Shown piece by piece: positions 10,139 through 20,670 of a stretch of 64,000 nucleotides of DNA. Source of the stretch: an uncultured delta proteobacterium. Its GTDB lineage: Bacteria > Desulfobacterota > RBG-13-43-22. Numbering within the stretch: position 1 is the stretch's first letter; each line of letters begins with the position of its first letter. The stretch lies in the NCBI GenBank assembly GCA_963843145.1, contig CAWJJC010000010.1, positions 64,001 to 128,000 of the forward strand, in the 5' to 3' direction. The position numbers and the translations under genes are program-made. A model generated the notes under the pieces. The model worked only from the letters and a program-made list of their open reading frames with translations, did no database searches and was not told the origin of the DNA.

Positions 10139-10260
10139 GATAACCTCGCAAGAAGTCCCGAGCCTTCATCCTGTGCCCTTCGCCTCCTGTCATCCCTCCC
10201 TTTGAACGACCGAAGGGAGTGAAGGACAGGCACTCTCTGACGGATTTTTTTGCAAAGACA
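10139..10260. mobile_element. Degenerate MITE with ends like the IS at 11377-13252
   Basis: gataacctcgcaagaagtc ... gatttttttgcaaagaca. Confidence 0.5.
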
Positions 10261-10333
10261 GTAGTTATAATCGTTATAGATCGTCTTACCTGCTTCGTAC
10301 GCTCGGCGCTATGCGCCCTGCGCTTTGCCTTTC

Positions 10334-11041
10334 CTACCGGTAAGTGATCAGGGACGGATCCCGCTGCAGTTCCAAATAGGCCACCGAATTAAACGAAGAG
10401 AGGGTGAAACGCTGTTCGGAGAATTTAAAGGTGGAGACCGAGGCGTTGCGTATCTGCCAGGCCAGGTCCACCGCGTCCAGATCCGGCAGGGAAAGGGCCT
10501 TCTGAAGCAGGGCGGCCAGGGGGCCGCCCGAGGTGACCAGGGCGACGGTCTTTCCCTTTCCGGATTCCCGGAGGATCCGGGCCAACCCCTTCCGCACCCG
10601 CCCGGTAAAAGCCGGCCAGGTTTCCACGCCCTCCAGGCCTTCCGGGTTGTTGATCCAACGGGAAATAGAGAGGTTCAGCACCCGGTAGAGGACATGGGGA
10701 TCGGTAAAAAGTTTTTCCAGCTCCGCCTCCAGGGACGGTTTTTCCCGAATTAACAGGGGAAGCTGCATATTGACCATCGTGGCCAGGTCAAATTCATTGA
10801 AATCGGACAAGAGGCGCGGAGACGGATCACCGGAAAATAAAGCCGGTTTTTGACTTAAAGCCGCGGCCGTATCCCGATGCCGTTTCATCTCACCGCAATA
10901 CAGGGCGTCAAACGTTCGGTCCGTCCGCTCGAAAAAGTCCGCCAGCAGTCGGGCCTGGGTTAAACCCATTTCCGACAGTTCATCGTAATCGGGCTTGCCG
11001 AATGAGGCCTGGGCGTGCCGAATGAGGTATAAATCTCCCAT
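10334..11041 (-). CDS. Histidine phosphatase (phosphoglycerate mutase family)
   Basis: LYLIRHAQASFG, FNEFD, VTSGGP; paralog at 48930-49637. Confidence 0.9.
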   Translation of the reverse strand: MGDLYLIRHAQASFGKPDYDELSEMGLTQARLLADFFERTDRTFDALYCGEMKRHRDTAAALSQKPALFSGDPSPRLLSDFNEFDLATMVNMQLPLLIREKPSLEAELEKLFTDPHVLYRVLNLSISRWINNPEGLEGVETWPAFTGRVRKGLARILRESGKGKTVALVTSGGPLAALLQKALSLPDLDAVDLAWQIRNASVSTFKFSEQRFTLSSFNSVAYLELQRDPSLITYR

Positions 11042-11218
11042 AGTCTTAACCTGTCTCATTGATTTTTAACATAATATTATCCCCTTCTATCCTACCAATG
11101 TCAATTTTCTTTCGGATTTCGCGTTTCGAATTTGGTTGCGGCCAGGCACTGCGCAGGATGTCCAGGGAAATGGTTTTTTTCTTGAAACCGACCCGCTTCT
11201 CTTTTACCATGGGGAGAA

Positions 11219-11375
11219 TGATGGGCTCGCCAGAAGTCCATCATCAACCCGAGCGCGATTAAGCGCCGGGCTGGGGTGAGGGGGGCACCGTTGGAATTCA
11301 CTTCCAATGGCGGGGGAGGGGGAACCCTTCCCCGCCGAGCAGAAAGTCGTCTTTTGACTTTTTGCGAGGTTATCA
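11219..11375. mobile_element. MITE sharing terminal IRs with the adjacent IS
   Basis: tgatgggctcgccagaagtc (11219-11238) ... gactttttgcgaggttatca (11356-11375). Confidence 0.65.
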
Positions 11376-11376
11376 A

Positions 11377-13252
11377 TGATGGTCTCGCAAAAAGTCTAAA
11401 ATAAGTTAATGAGCTGAAATAATTTAATAAAATATTATTTTTCCCTTGACAGTGCGGGTCAAATTGATTAGAATCATGTTTAAAAACAGACAGTTAAGGC
11501 ACAAGACATGATTCAGATCAAAGACCACAAAACGGGCTACATTTTCGATCTCTGGGACTATTTGGGCCCCAAACGGCGGAAGCTCATGGAGGAGTCCTGG
11601 GCTGGGATGTTTCGGCAAGAGATCCTCGACGAACTGCCGGTCACCGAGATCGCTTCCGCCTTTTCAAATCTTTTTGGTCGTCCAACCAAGGAACTCTATA
11701 TGGCCTTGGGGGTCCTGGTGCTGCAACAGATGCAGGACCTGACCGACGAAGAGACTTCGAAGCAGGTGGCCTTCAACCTGCAATGGCATTATGCCCTGGA
11801 TATCACCGAAGAGTCGGATGAGGCCAAGTATCTCTGCCCTCGGACCTTATGGCATTTACGGCAATTGGTCACCGAGAAAGATTTAGACACCCTATTATTC
11901 CAGAAGATCACGGCCAAACTGGCTCGGGTTTTCAAGGTGGATGCCAGTCAGCAACGTCTGGACTCGGTGCATATCCAATCCAATATGCGCCATTTGGGCC
12001 GCATCGGGATGGTGGTGCAGACCATCCATAAATTCCTGGTCAACTTGAAACGACAACGTCCCGACCTTTTAGGGACCCTCCCCGCGGAGTTGGTGGACCG
12101 TTACTTGTCGGAGAAGGCTTTGGGTTGTTTTTCCATGGTCAAACCCTCGGAGTCGGAACGGACCCTGAACCAGGTCTGCCAGGATCTGTTTACGCTGGTC
12201 CGGAAGATGAGCGCTTATCCGCAAGTGGCCTCCCTGAGCAGCTTTCAGTTGCTGCAACGGGTGTTGAAGGACCAAGGTCATATTCAGGAAGCCGAAGGGC
12301 AACCCGTGGCAGTCCTGGTTAAAGCGGCCAAGGAAGTATCTTCGGATTCCTTGCAAAATCCCTCGGACCCTGATGCGGGTATGACGCCCACAAAGGCAAA
12401 GGATATCAGGCCCAACTGCTGGAAACCTACAGTGAAACGAAAGAGCAGTTGTCCCTGATTACCGAAGTAAGAGTAGAATCGGCTTCGACCATGATGTTCA
12501 TGCTCTGATACTGGCTATTGAATCTGCGGTCGCCGGGGTTTGAACCCCACAGAGGTGCTGGCGGATGCGGCCTATGGGAGCGACGACAATCTGCAAGGCG
12601 CTCAGGAATTAGGGGTGGAAGTAATCGCCCCGGCCATGGGCGCCTATCGTTCGGATCGTCTGCCCTTGTCCCGGTTCGTCTTTTCCGATTCCGGAGCAGT
12701 GGTGCGTTGTCCCAGGGACAGGAACCGGAGAGAGTCCGCCGGAAACAGGATCACTATCGGGTGGCTTTTCCGCTGACTCCCTGTGCCGGTTGCCCGGTTC
12801 AGAACCAGTGCCCGACCCATCCGGGCAAGAAGTATCGCTACCTGCGCTACGATCACAAGGTCTTCCGGTTGGCGCAACGAAGACAAGTGGAGCAGACGGA
12901 AGCCTTTAAGCAGCGGTACCGGTTTCGAGCCGGGATCGAGGGGGCGTTTTCAGCCTGGGATCGCCGCACCGGAGTTAAACACCTGCGGGTCCGAGGGGGA
13001 CCAGCGGTTCGCTTCGCAGTGACTTTAAAGGCGGCGGCGATGAACATCTTGAGGGCTACGGCCTTCAAGGCCAAGGAAACCGATGGGTCCGGGACTCCCC
13101 TGGGTATTACTTACCTGGTCTATCGCCCGTTTTCTGTTTTCAAAGAGCTGATCGGAGGGTTATTAAACCTCCCCAACAACATGATAACTTTTTTTGCGGA
13201 TGATTGTCCTTGTCAGCTAAAATCCGCAGCCTGACTTTTTGCGAGGTTATCA
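11377..13252 (+). mobile_element. Insertion sequence (DDE; IS1182/ISNCY ISDol1-like, family tentative)
   Basis: Imperfect IRs tgatggtctcgcaaaaagtc / gactttttgcgaggttatca; internal TTGACA-17-TAGAAT promoter (11446-11474). Confidence 0.8.
11508..13234 (+). CDS. DDE transposase, multiply frameshifted
   Basis: QRLDSVHIQSNM, SLQNPSDPDA, LADAAYGS, CxxC-x4-C, YRFRAGIEGAFS spread over ORFs 11508, 12540 and 12518. Confidence 0.85.
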
Positions 13253-13254
13253 AA

Positions 13255-14055
13255 ATGAACGGCTCGCTAAAAATCCTGGTTTGCATCAAGCAGGTCCTAT
13301 CTCAGGATGGTCCGATCGAAATCGATCCCGCTGATCCCTCCGGGAGATCTCTTTTTGCCGGGAATCTTCCTTTGTTCGTCCTCAATCGTTTTGATGAATT
13401 TGCAATGGAGGAGGCCCTGCGGGTAAAAGACGCCTTTCCCGACACGAATCTTCACGCCCTGACCGTCGGCCCCGCCCGGGCCGAAGCGGTGATCCGCCGC
13501 GCCCTGGGCATGGGAGCCGATCACGGGGTCCATCTGCTCACCGAGGAGGGCGAAGAGCCGACGCCCTTTCAAATCTCCTCCTGGATAGCGGCCTTTTCCG
13601 ACGCCAGCGCTTACGACCTGATCTTAACCGGGATCATGGCCGAGGATGATCTGCAAGGGCTGGTGGGGCCCCTGATCGCCGAACGACTGGGTCTTCCCTG
13701 CGCTGCCTCCGTGGTGTCCTTCCGGGTTTCCCCGGAACAAAACCGGGTCGAAGCGGAGAAAGAGGTGGAGGGCGGCCGACGGGAAAAGTGGCGGCTGCTG
13801 CTCCCGGCGGTGCTGACGATTCAAAGCGGGATCAACAAGCCCCGCTATCCATCCCTCTCCCATGTACTTCGAGCCCGAAAGCAGGCCCTGGAAATCATTG
13901 CCGCCGCCTCCCTGCCGAACGACGAACCCCGGCAGTCCCTGGTGCGTTTTGTCCTCCCCGAAAAAGTCCGCACCGGCCGGGTGCTTACCGGGACTTCCGA
14001 AGAAAAGGCCGAAAGACTCACCGGGATCTTGGGCGAAAAAGGCCTCCTGCCCTGA
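13255..14055 (+). CDS. etfB: Electron transfer flavoprotein beta subunit
   Basis: KILVCIKQV, NRFDEFAMEEAL, ALGMGAD, INKPRYPSL. Confidence 0.9.
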   Translation: MNGSLKILVCIKQVLSQDGPIEIDPADPSGRSLFAGNLPLFVLNRFDEFAMEEALRVKDAFPDTNLHALTVGPARAEAVIRRALGMGADHGVHLLTEEGEEPTPFQISSWIAAFSDASAYDLILTGIMAEDDLQGLVGPLIAERLGLPCAASVVSFRVSPEQNRVEAEKEVEGGRREKWRLLLPAVLTIQSGINKPRYPSLSHVLRARKQALEIIAAASLPNDEPRQSLVRFVLPEKVRTGRVLTGTSEEKAERLTGILGEKGLLP

Positions 14056-15084
14056 ATGGCCCCCTTTGAGCCCACACTCTTCGTCCTGGGGGACCACGAC
14101 CAGGGTCAGATCAGCCCGTCCACCTGGGAGGGACTGGGCCTCGCCGAGGAGATTCGGCGTCACCAGCCCGCCCCGATCAAAATTATCCTGATGGGCGACG
14201 CCGTGGAGGGACCTGCGGCCCAGGCGGCCGAGGAGGCCCGGGTGGATGTCCTGGCCGTCAAGGTCCCTGGCCTGAAAAGCTTGCCGGGAGAAATCGCCCT
14301 GCAGGTCTTGCAGAAATTATTTTTCGAATCCCCGCCGGTTTGCCTGATCATGCCCCAAAATTCCCGCAGTTGGGAACTCGCCCCCCGAATCGCCCTGCGC
14401 CTGGGGTTGGCCTGCATTCCCGGGGTGACCAAAATCCTTCAGGAAAACAATCGTCTTCTTTTCAGGCGGTCCCTCTTCCAGGGTAAGCTCCTGGCCGACC
14501 TTGCCGTGGAAACCCGGGGAGTGGTCCTGACCTTCGAATCCGGCTATTTCAAATTTTCAGGATCGCCCCTTCAGGAAAACGGATTTTGGGAGCTGAAAAC
14601 CCTGTCCCCTTCCGAATCCCGGGCTGAACTGCTGGAATTCACACCGGCCGTGGAGATCGAAGCGGCCCTGCGCGAGGCGGAGGTGATCGTGGCCGCCGGC
14701 CGGGGCATCGGTTCGGAAAAAACCCTCGACCTGATCCATCGCCTGGCGGCCCTGTTTCCCCGATCGTCCGTGGCCGGGTCCCGTCCCGTATGCGACTTGG
14801 GCTGGTTACCCTACAACCGACAGGTAGGCCAGACCGGGTCCACTGTCCGCCCCCGGCTTTATTTGGCCTGCGGCATTTCCGGCGCCTATCAGCACATCGC
14901 CGGCATGAAGGATTCCGGTTTCATCGTCTCCATCAACCGGGATCCCCAGGCGGCCATCGGCCAATGGTCGGACTTGCGCGTTGAAGAGGATTTAAAAACT
15001 TTTTTACCTCTGCTCATCGAAGCGGTGCTAACATACCGGGAAGGCCGGGGTAGTTCGGAAGAATGTAACGGGAGGCTTAAGTGA
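14056..15084 (+). CDS. etfA: Electron transfer flavoprotein alpha subunit
   Basis: VAAGRGIG, QVGQTG, YLACGISGAYQHIAGM. Confidence 0.9.
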   Translation: MAPFEPTLFVLGDHDQGQISPSTWEGLGLAEEIRRHQPAPIKIILMGDAVEGPAAQAAEEARVDVLAVKVPGLKSLPGEIALQVLQKLFFESPPVCLIMPQNSRSWELAPRIALRLGLACIPGVTKILQENNRLLFRRSLFQGKLLADLAVETRGVVLTFESGYFKFSGSPLQENGFWELKTLSPSESRAELLEFTPAVEIEAALREAEVIVAAGRGIGSEKTLDLIHRLAALFPRSSVAGSRPVCDLGWLPYNRQVGQTGSTVRPRLYLACGISGAYQHIAGMKDSGFIVSINRDPQAAIGQWSDLRVEEDLKTFLPLLIEAVLTYREGRGSSEECNGRLK

Positions 15085-15995
15085 AAAAATCGAAACAGCT
15101 ATCCGGAAACCGGATCAAAGGATTAATCGCCGACTTCATCGCCACGTCTCCCGTCAATACTATGGGAACCAAAACCGGGGAGCCGGCCTGGGAGGACGCC
15201 TTGGTGGGCTTTGCCTCCGGCGCGGACCCGATTTGGCAGCAATACAAGGAATACATCGGGCCCTTCCACTGGACCCCCTGGGAGGTCTTTACCCAATACC
15301 ACCCGGAGGAAACCGCGCGCCCGGAGGAACTGACCGTGGTTTCGTGGGTCTTGCCTCAACGTCAAGCGGTGCGCCGGGCCAATCGCCGGGCCAAGAAGTA
15401 TCCCGCCGAGGAATGGGCCCGGATCAGAGTCTATGGGGAGGAGTTCAATGTGGCTTTGCGTCGCCACCTGGTTCAGCGCCTTGAACAGGCCGGCCACGCG
15501 GCCGTCGCCCCCATGCTGGTTCCCAACTGGACCGTTGTCAAGTCGCAACGGTTTTCCTATGCCTCTTCCTGGTCCGAGCGCCATGCGGCCCATGCGGCCG
15601 GCTTAGGCACATTTGGGCTCTGTGACGGACTGATCACCGCCAGAGGTAAAGCCCTGCGGGCCGGGTCGGTGGTGGTCCGGCTAGCCATTGAACCGACCCC
15701 CCGGCCCTATGCCCACCATCGGGCCTATTGCCTCTATTTCGCCGAGGGTACTTGCGGCCGATGCATCGACCGCTGCCCGGTCGGGGCGATTACCGAGGCC
15801 GGCCACGACAAGGAGAAGTGTCGGGAACATCTGGTCCGGACCAGGGCCTATGTCGAAAAAACCTATCAGTTCGTGGGCTATGGTTGTGGGCTGTGCCAGG
15901 TGGGCGTGCCCTGCGAGGCGGGCATCCCGGTCAAGGCCGCCCGGGAAGCCCTGGAGCGGGGCGAATTACCGCCCCCACCCCCGCCCTTGGCCTGA
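15081..15995 (+). CDS. Epoxyqueuosine reductase-like 4Fe-4S protein
   Basis: SERHAAHAAGLGTFG, CGRCIDRCP, CGLCQVGVPC. Confidence 0.75.
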   Translation: MKKSKQLSGNRIKGLIADFIATSPVNTMGTKTGEPAWEDALVGFASGADPIWQQYKEYIGPFHWTPWEVFTQYHPEETARPEELTVVSWVLPQRQAVRRANRRAKKYPAEEWARIRVYGEEFNVALRRHLVQRLEQAGHAAVAPMLVPNWTVVKSQRFSYASSWSERHAAHAAGLGTFGLCDGLITARGKALRAGSVVVRLAIEPTPRPYAHHRAYCLYFAEGTCGRCIDRCPVGAITEAGHDKEKCREHLVRTRAYVEKTYQFVGYGCGLCQVGVPCEAGIPVKAAREALERGELPPPPPPLA

Positions 15996-16027
15996 AGCCG
16001 CTCGGACGACGAGCCCAGGATAACCCT

Positions 16028-16471
16028 ATGCCTCATTTTGGATTGATGGATCCGGATGCCCTGGGAGCGGAAGCGGCGGCTCTGCAGCGCGCCAGGCTGC
16101 ATATCCGCGCGGGACGGAGGAGACTTCGCCAGGGAAAAATATCCGCCGGTCTGGGTACCCTCTACGACGCCCTCCTTTCCGCCCTGGAGTGGTATGCGGC
16201 TTCTCCCGATCGCCGAGAAAACTTACCGATAGGCGATGAAGATAATCTCGCCGATGATCGGACAGTATTCGCCCTGCTGGTCAAATCCGGGTTGATCGAC
16301 GCCCGGATCGACTATTCAGCCTTTAAACACCTCCTGGACACGGCGCCTCCCGAGTCTTCCACCTATGATTATGCGGAAGTTCTGAATCAAGTGGAGTTGG
16401 TCATGACCCGGCTCGGCGTTATGCCCTTCGAAGAGGGCGGATTGCCCCCCGAGGACCCCTCCACCTATTGA
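16028..16471 (+). CDS. Hypothetical protein
   Basis: MPHFGLMD...LPPEDPSTY with AGGA RBS. Confidence 0.6.
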   Translation: MPHFGLMDPDALGAEAAALQRARLHIRAGRRRLRQGKISAGLGTLYDALLSALEWYAASPDRRENLPIGDEDNLADDRTVFALLVKSGLIDARIDYSAFKHLLDTAPPESSTYDYAEVLNQVELVMTRLGVMPFEEGGLPPEDPSTY

Positions 16472-16519
16472 TGGGCTTGCATTTCCCATCATCCAGAGAT
16501 TATACTGTTTTTATAAAAA

Positions 16520-16610
16520 ATCGGGGAGCTGGGGGGTGCCCGGCTGAGAAGGCAAGCGATCCGTTGCCGACCCTTTAAACCTGCTCTGGGTAATGCCAGC
16601 GAAGGGAACG
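16520..16610 (+). promoter_or_regulatory. TPP riboswitch
   Basis: GGGGAGC...GCTGAGA...ACCC...AACCTG.TCTGGGTAATGCCAGCGAAGGGA consensus upstream of thiM. Confidence 0.92.
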
Positions 16611-16652
16611 CAAAATAAAAGCCGGCCCTTCGTTGGCCGGCTTTTATTTTGC
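16610..16652 (+). terminator. Intrinsic terminator (riboswitch expression platform)
   Basis: aaaataaaagccggcc-cttcgtt-ggccggcttttatttt. Confidence 0.8.
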
Positions 16653-16746
16653 GAAATCCGGATTAAGCCGGGAAGAGGAAAACAACCCAGACCTCCTTTT
16701 TGATGGAGGATACGACCACTCAGACGGCCAGGGAGATTTCCAACCT

Positions 16747-17550
16747 GTGGATGGAATAAAAAATAAAATCTCGGTTCTTTTAGACCGGGTCCGAACCAAA
16801 AGACCGGTGGTTCATGCCATCACCAACTGGGTGACCGGGGGGAATGTGGCCAATGCCCTGCAGGCCCTGGGGGCTAGGCCGGTGCTGGCCTTTTCGACGT
16901 CCGAGGTGGCCGAGATCACCACCCGGGCGGACGCGTTGTACCTGAATCTGGGAACCCCTACACCCGACCGGATTGCGGCCATGCTGCTCGCGGGACGCCG
17001 AGCCAATGAAATCGGTCTGCCCGTGGTTTTTGATCCGGTGGGGGCCGGTGCTTCCACTTTTCGGAAGGATGCCTGCCGCCAAATCCTTTCAGAATTAACC
17101 ATTGCTATTATTCGGGGAAATCCGGCCGAGATCGGCGCTCTAGCGGGACAGGGAGGCCAACTGCGGGGAATCGACAGCGTGTCCGGTCCGGAGGACATCC
17201 ACGAAGCGGTCCGGGTCCTTTCCGCGAGAACGGGGGCCGTGGTAATTGCCAGCGGGGAGCAGGACCTTATTTTCTATGAGAACCAAATGGTGATGGTCGG
17301 AAACGGCCATCCGCTGATGCTCCGGGTTACCGGTACCGGCTGTATGCTCTCGGCGGTCATTGCCGCCTTTGCCGCCGTGGGTCGCGCCCCCCTGGAAAGC
17401 GCCATCGCCGGGGTCTCCTGCTTCAAACTGGCCGGGGAACTGGCCGGACAGACGGCCGGCGGTCCGGGGGCATTTAGAATCGGCCTGATGGACTTTCTCT
17501 ATGCGCTCACTCCGGACGATCTTCAAAGATCCGCTGCCCTTCAAGGCTAA
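16747..17550 (+). CDS. thiM: Hydroxyethylthiazole kinase
   Basis: PVVHAITNWV, DPVGAGAS, RGNPAEI, VTGTGC; GTG start after GGGAG inferred. Confidence 0.9.
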   Translation: MDGIKNKISVLLDRVRTKRPVVHAITNWVTGGNVANALQALGARPVLAFSTSEVAEITTRADALYLNLGTPTPDRIAAMLLAGRRANEIGLPVVFDPVGAGASTFRKDACRQILSELTIAIIRGNPAEIGALAGQGGQLRGIDSVSGPEDIHEAVRVLSARTGAVVIASGEQDLIFYENQMVMVGNGHPLMLRVTGTGCMLSAVIAAFAAVGRAPLESAIAGVSCFKLAGELAGQTAGGPGAFRIGLMDFLYALTPDDLQRSAALQG

Positions 17551-17553
17551 TAA

Positions 17554-18123
17554 ATGGAACCAACCGGAACCAACTCTCGTACTGTGGCCCGGGCGATCAT
17601 TCTGGTAGCCATTGGGGTGGCCCTTTCCCCTTTCACCAGTATTCCCATAGGCATCGCCAAAATCAATCCGACCCAACATTTCGTGAACGTCGTCGCCGCC
17701 GTTTTGCTGGGACCCTGGTGGGCCGCCGGTGTCGCCGGGATCATTGGCCTGCTCCGAAACGCCCTGGGCACCGGGACGCTGCTGGCCTTTCCCGGCGGGA
17801 TGATCGGCGCCTTCCTGGCGGGGCTCTTGTTTCGGTTAACTCGGAACATTTATTTCGGGGCCCTGGGCGAAGTCCTCGGGACGGGAGTGCTGGGAGCCCT
17901 GGCCAGCGCCCTGATCGTGGCCCCGGCCCTGATGGGCAAATCCATGGCCTTGGGGGCCTTGATTATCGCCTTTTCGGGCAGCACCTTCGTTGGGGCCGTT
18001 TTAGGGATCCTGGGGTTGAAGCTATTGGAAAAAGCCGGCTATGCGACAATCAAAAGACCCAGACATGGACGAGTTAGCAAGAAGTCATCTCAAGGGATTT
18101 GCCCCTCAAAAAAGGCCCTATAA
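17554..18123 (+). CDS. thiW: ECF S component ThiW (thiazole)
   Basis: PTQHFVNVVAAVLLGPW, GTGTLLAFPGGMIGA, GEVLGTG. Confidence 0.88.
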   Translation: MEPTGTNSRTVARAIILVAIGVALSPFTSIPIGIAKINPTQHFVNVVAAVLLGPWWAAGVAGIIGLLRNALGTGTLLAFPGGMIGAFLAGLLFRLTRNIYFGALGEVLGTGVLGALASALIVAPALMGKSMALGALIIAFSGSTFVGAVLGILGLKLLEKAGYATIKRPRHGRVSKKSSQGICPSKKAL

Positions 18124-19763
18124 TTTGGTTCTGGCTTTCGAAAAGGTCTCCTATCGTTATGATGGAATGGAGGACTGGGCTCTCAGCGAGGTCGACCTGA
18201 CCGTAGCGGAAGGGGAATATGTGCTGGTAGCCGGGGCCAGCGGCAGCGGCAAATCCACCTTCTGTCGGCTGGCCACCGGGCTGGCCCCCCATTTCCACGG
18301 AGGCGATCTGAAAGGCCGGGTGCTGGTCGATGGGTTGGACACCCGGGAAGTTCCGGTCAGCCGACTTTTCGGTCACGTGGGCTTGGTCTTTCAAAACACC
18401 GATGCCCAGTTGTTCAACCGGACGGTGGAGGAAGAACTGAGGTTCGGCCTGGAAGGGCTCGGGCTGGAACCCAAAGAGATTGAAAAACGGCTGGAATGGG
18501 TGAGCGGGGTGCTGAAACTCGGCGGCCTCTTGGAACGCTCCCCCCACCAACTTTCCGGGGGCGAAAAACAGCGGGTGATACTGGGAGCCATTCTGGCCCT
18601 TCGTCCCCGCCTTCTGCTGTTGGATGAACCTTTTGCCCATCTCGATCCGGAAGGCAGCGAAGGGCTCCGATTGCTACTTAAAACCCTGCGCGGCGAAGGG
18701 CCGGCCGTGCTGGTGGTCGAACACCGCCTCCAGGAAGTGGTGGCGGATGTGGACCGGCTAGTACTATTTCATCAGGGCCGCCTGACCGCGGACGGTCCCC
18801 CGCGGCAGGTATTGGAACAGGAGCTGACGGGTTACGGGCTGAACCTTCCTCCGCTGGTTGGTCTTTTTCGCGCTTGGGGGCTGGACGGTCCTCCCCCACT
18901 TACCCCTCGGGAGGCGATACAACTTCTCGCTTCCGGACCTCCCCGGCGGTTTTCCCCAACCGAAATAAATAACTCTCGGGAAGGAGTACCTCCTTTTTCC
19001 CAGAATCGGGAGGCCGTCCCGGTGGTGGAAATCCAGGATCTCCGGTTCGGTTACCCCGACCAGGAAATCCTGGAAGGGGTTGAATTTCACCTTCGGCCGG
19101 GAGAATGCGTAGCGATTCTCGGCCGAAACGGCGCCGGTAAGACCACGCTGATCAAGCACCTGAATGGACTACTGCAGCCTTCCCGCGGCACGGTACTGGT
19201 CCTGGGCCGGGACACCCGGGTGACTAAAACCCACGAACTGGCGCGAGGGGTCGGATTCGCCTGGCAAAATCCGAACGACCAGCTTTTTCAGACCTCGGTG
19301 CGGGAGGAAGTGCTGATCGGCCCCCGTATTCTGAAAGGCCTACGATCCCCCCTGGTGCGAACGGCTTTTTGAACGGTTCGGACTCGGTCCCCTCCTGGAA
19401 CGATCCCCCTTCCGGCTGAGCGAGGGAGAAAAAAAAAGAGTGGCTTTCGCCACGGCTCTGGCCGCCCGGCCGGAAATCGTCATTCTCGATGAACCGACCG
19501 CCGGTCAGGATGAACCCTTTCGCCGGGAACTGGGCGGACTGATTCGGGAGTTGCGGGAAGAAGGCAAGACCGTGCTGCTGGTGACCCACGACCTGGAATT
19601 CGCCGCGGAACAGGCCCCGCGCTGGCTGGTCTTGTCCGGAGGAAAAATCATAGCCGATGGGTCCCCCGAGACGATCATGGGCGACCGCCGGACCATGACC
19701 GCAGCCGGTCTACGGCCCACACAGCGGTTTGAATTGGCTCAGTTACTGGGAAACGTGGCATGA
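18041..19763 (+). CDS. ECF transporter ATPase with two fused ABC domains, frameshifted near 19340-19435
   Basis: GASGSGKST...LSGGEKQR...LDEP and GRNGAGKTT...LDEPTAG. Confidence 0.85.
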
Positions 19764-20431
19764 AATCATCGATTCCGGATCCCCGCGCCAAGCTGGTCCT
19801 GGCCTTCACCGCCGCCGTGATCTTGGTGTCGCTCGATCAATGGCTGACCCTGCTGGTTGCCGCCGCCGTAATCTGGGGAATGACTCTCCCCCTGAACCTG
19901 GTGCCCACCTGGTTCAAATTTTTTAGGGGGTTGGGCCCGGCGGTCTTCGGTTTCTTCGCCATCGCCTGGCTGGCCTTCGATCTTTCCACGGCCCTGATAT
20001 CCGGCCTGCGTTTGCTGGCCCTCGGCACGGTTTTCTTTCTTTTTTTTCAGACCACTTCCCCTAAAAACCTTTCCCAAGCCTTGGTCCGGATGGGGATGCC
20101 TTACGCTTTCAGTTTTGTACTGACCGTCTCCATGGAATTCATCCCGGTCCTGACCCGACGGGCGGCCAACATCCGGGACGCGCAACGGGCCCGGGGGATC
20201 CCCCTTCAGGGCGGCCTGCGAACACTCCGCCACCTGCCGGCCCTGCTGGGGCCTTTGCTTATTCAATCCTTCAAATTGGCGGACGAGATGGCCGAAGCCC
20301 TGGAGGCCCGGGGGTTCGGAGCCGCTGCCCGCCACACCCGTCAGGAATTACCCCTCCGGGCAATGGATTGGGGGATTATCTCGTTAAGCCTTGTCGGCCT
20401 TGCCGCCTTACTATTTTTCAAATATAGCTGA
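19760..20431 (+). CDS. ecfT: ECF transmembrane T component
   Basis: DPRAKL, AQRARG, EALEARGF motifs. Confidence 0.9.
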   Translation: MKSSIPDPRAKLVLAFTAAVILVSLDQWLTLLVAAAVIWGMTLPLNLVPTWFKFFRGLGPAVFGFFAIAWLAFDLSTALISGLRLLALGTVFFLFFQTTSPKNLSQALVRMGMPYAFSFVLTVSMEFIPVLTRRAANIRDAQRARGIPLQGGLRTLRHLPALLGPLLIQSFKLADEMAEALEARGFGAAARHTRQELPLRAMDWGIISLSLVGLAALLFFKYS

Positions 20432-20468
20432 AAAATTTGCTTTCCTGCTTTTCTACTCGAATTATTTT

Positions 20469-20623
20469 TGATAAACTACAAAGTGTTCCCAGGGCTGTCA
20501 TTGCGAGGAGTGGAGCGACGAAGCAATCCCTAATAATCAGCTACTTACCAAGGTGGGGATTGCTTCCCCCGGATCAGGTCCGGGATCGTGATGACGGTTT
20601 TTTCGACTTTTTACGAAACCATC
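20469..20623. mobile_element. MITE (IS-type ends) carrying a nested GTCATTGCGAG...ATGAC palindromic element
   Basis: Right IR gactttttacgaaaccatc (20605-20623); degenerate left IR; inner element 20497-20595. Confidence 0.6.
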
Positions 20624-20670
20624 GTTAGTACCGCGTCATGCCCCATGGATTATCACTAAGGATCAAAATC

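Noticed and set aside
16633-16746. N-terminal extension of ThiM
   Set aside because: Begins inside the riboswitch terminator; GTG 16747 with an SD fits better
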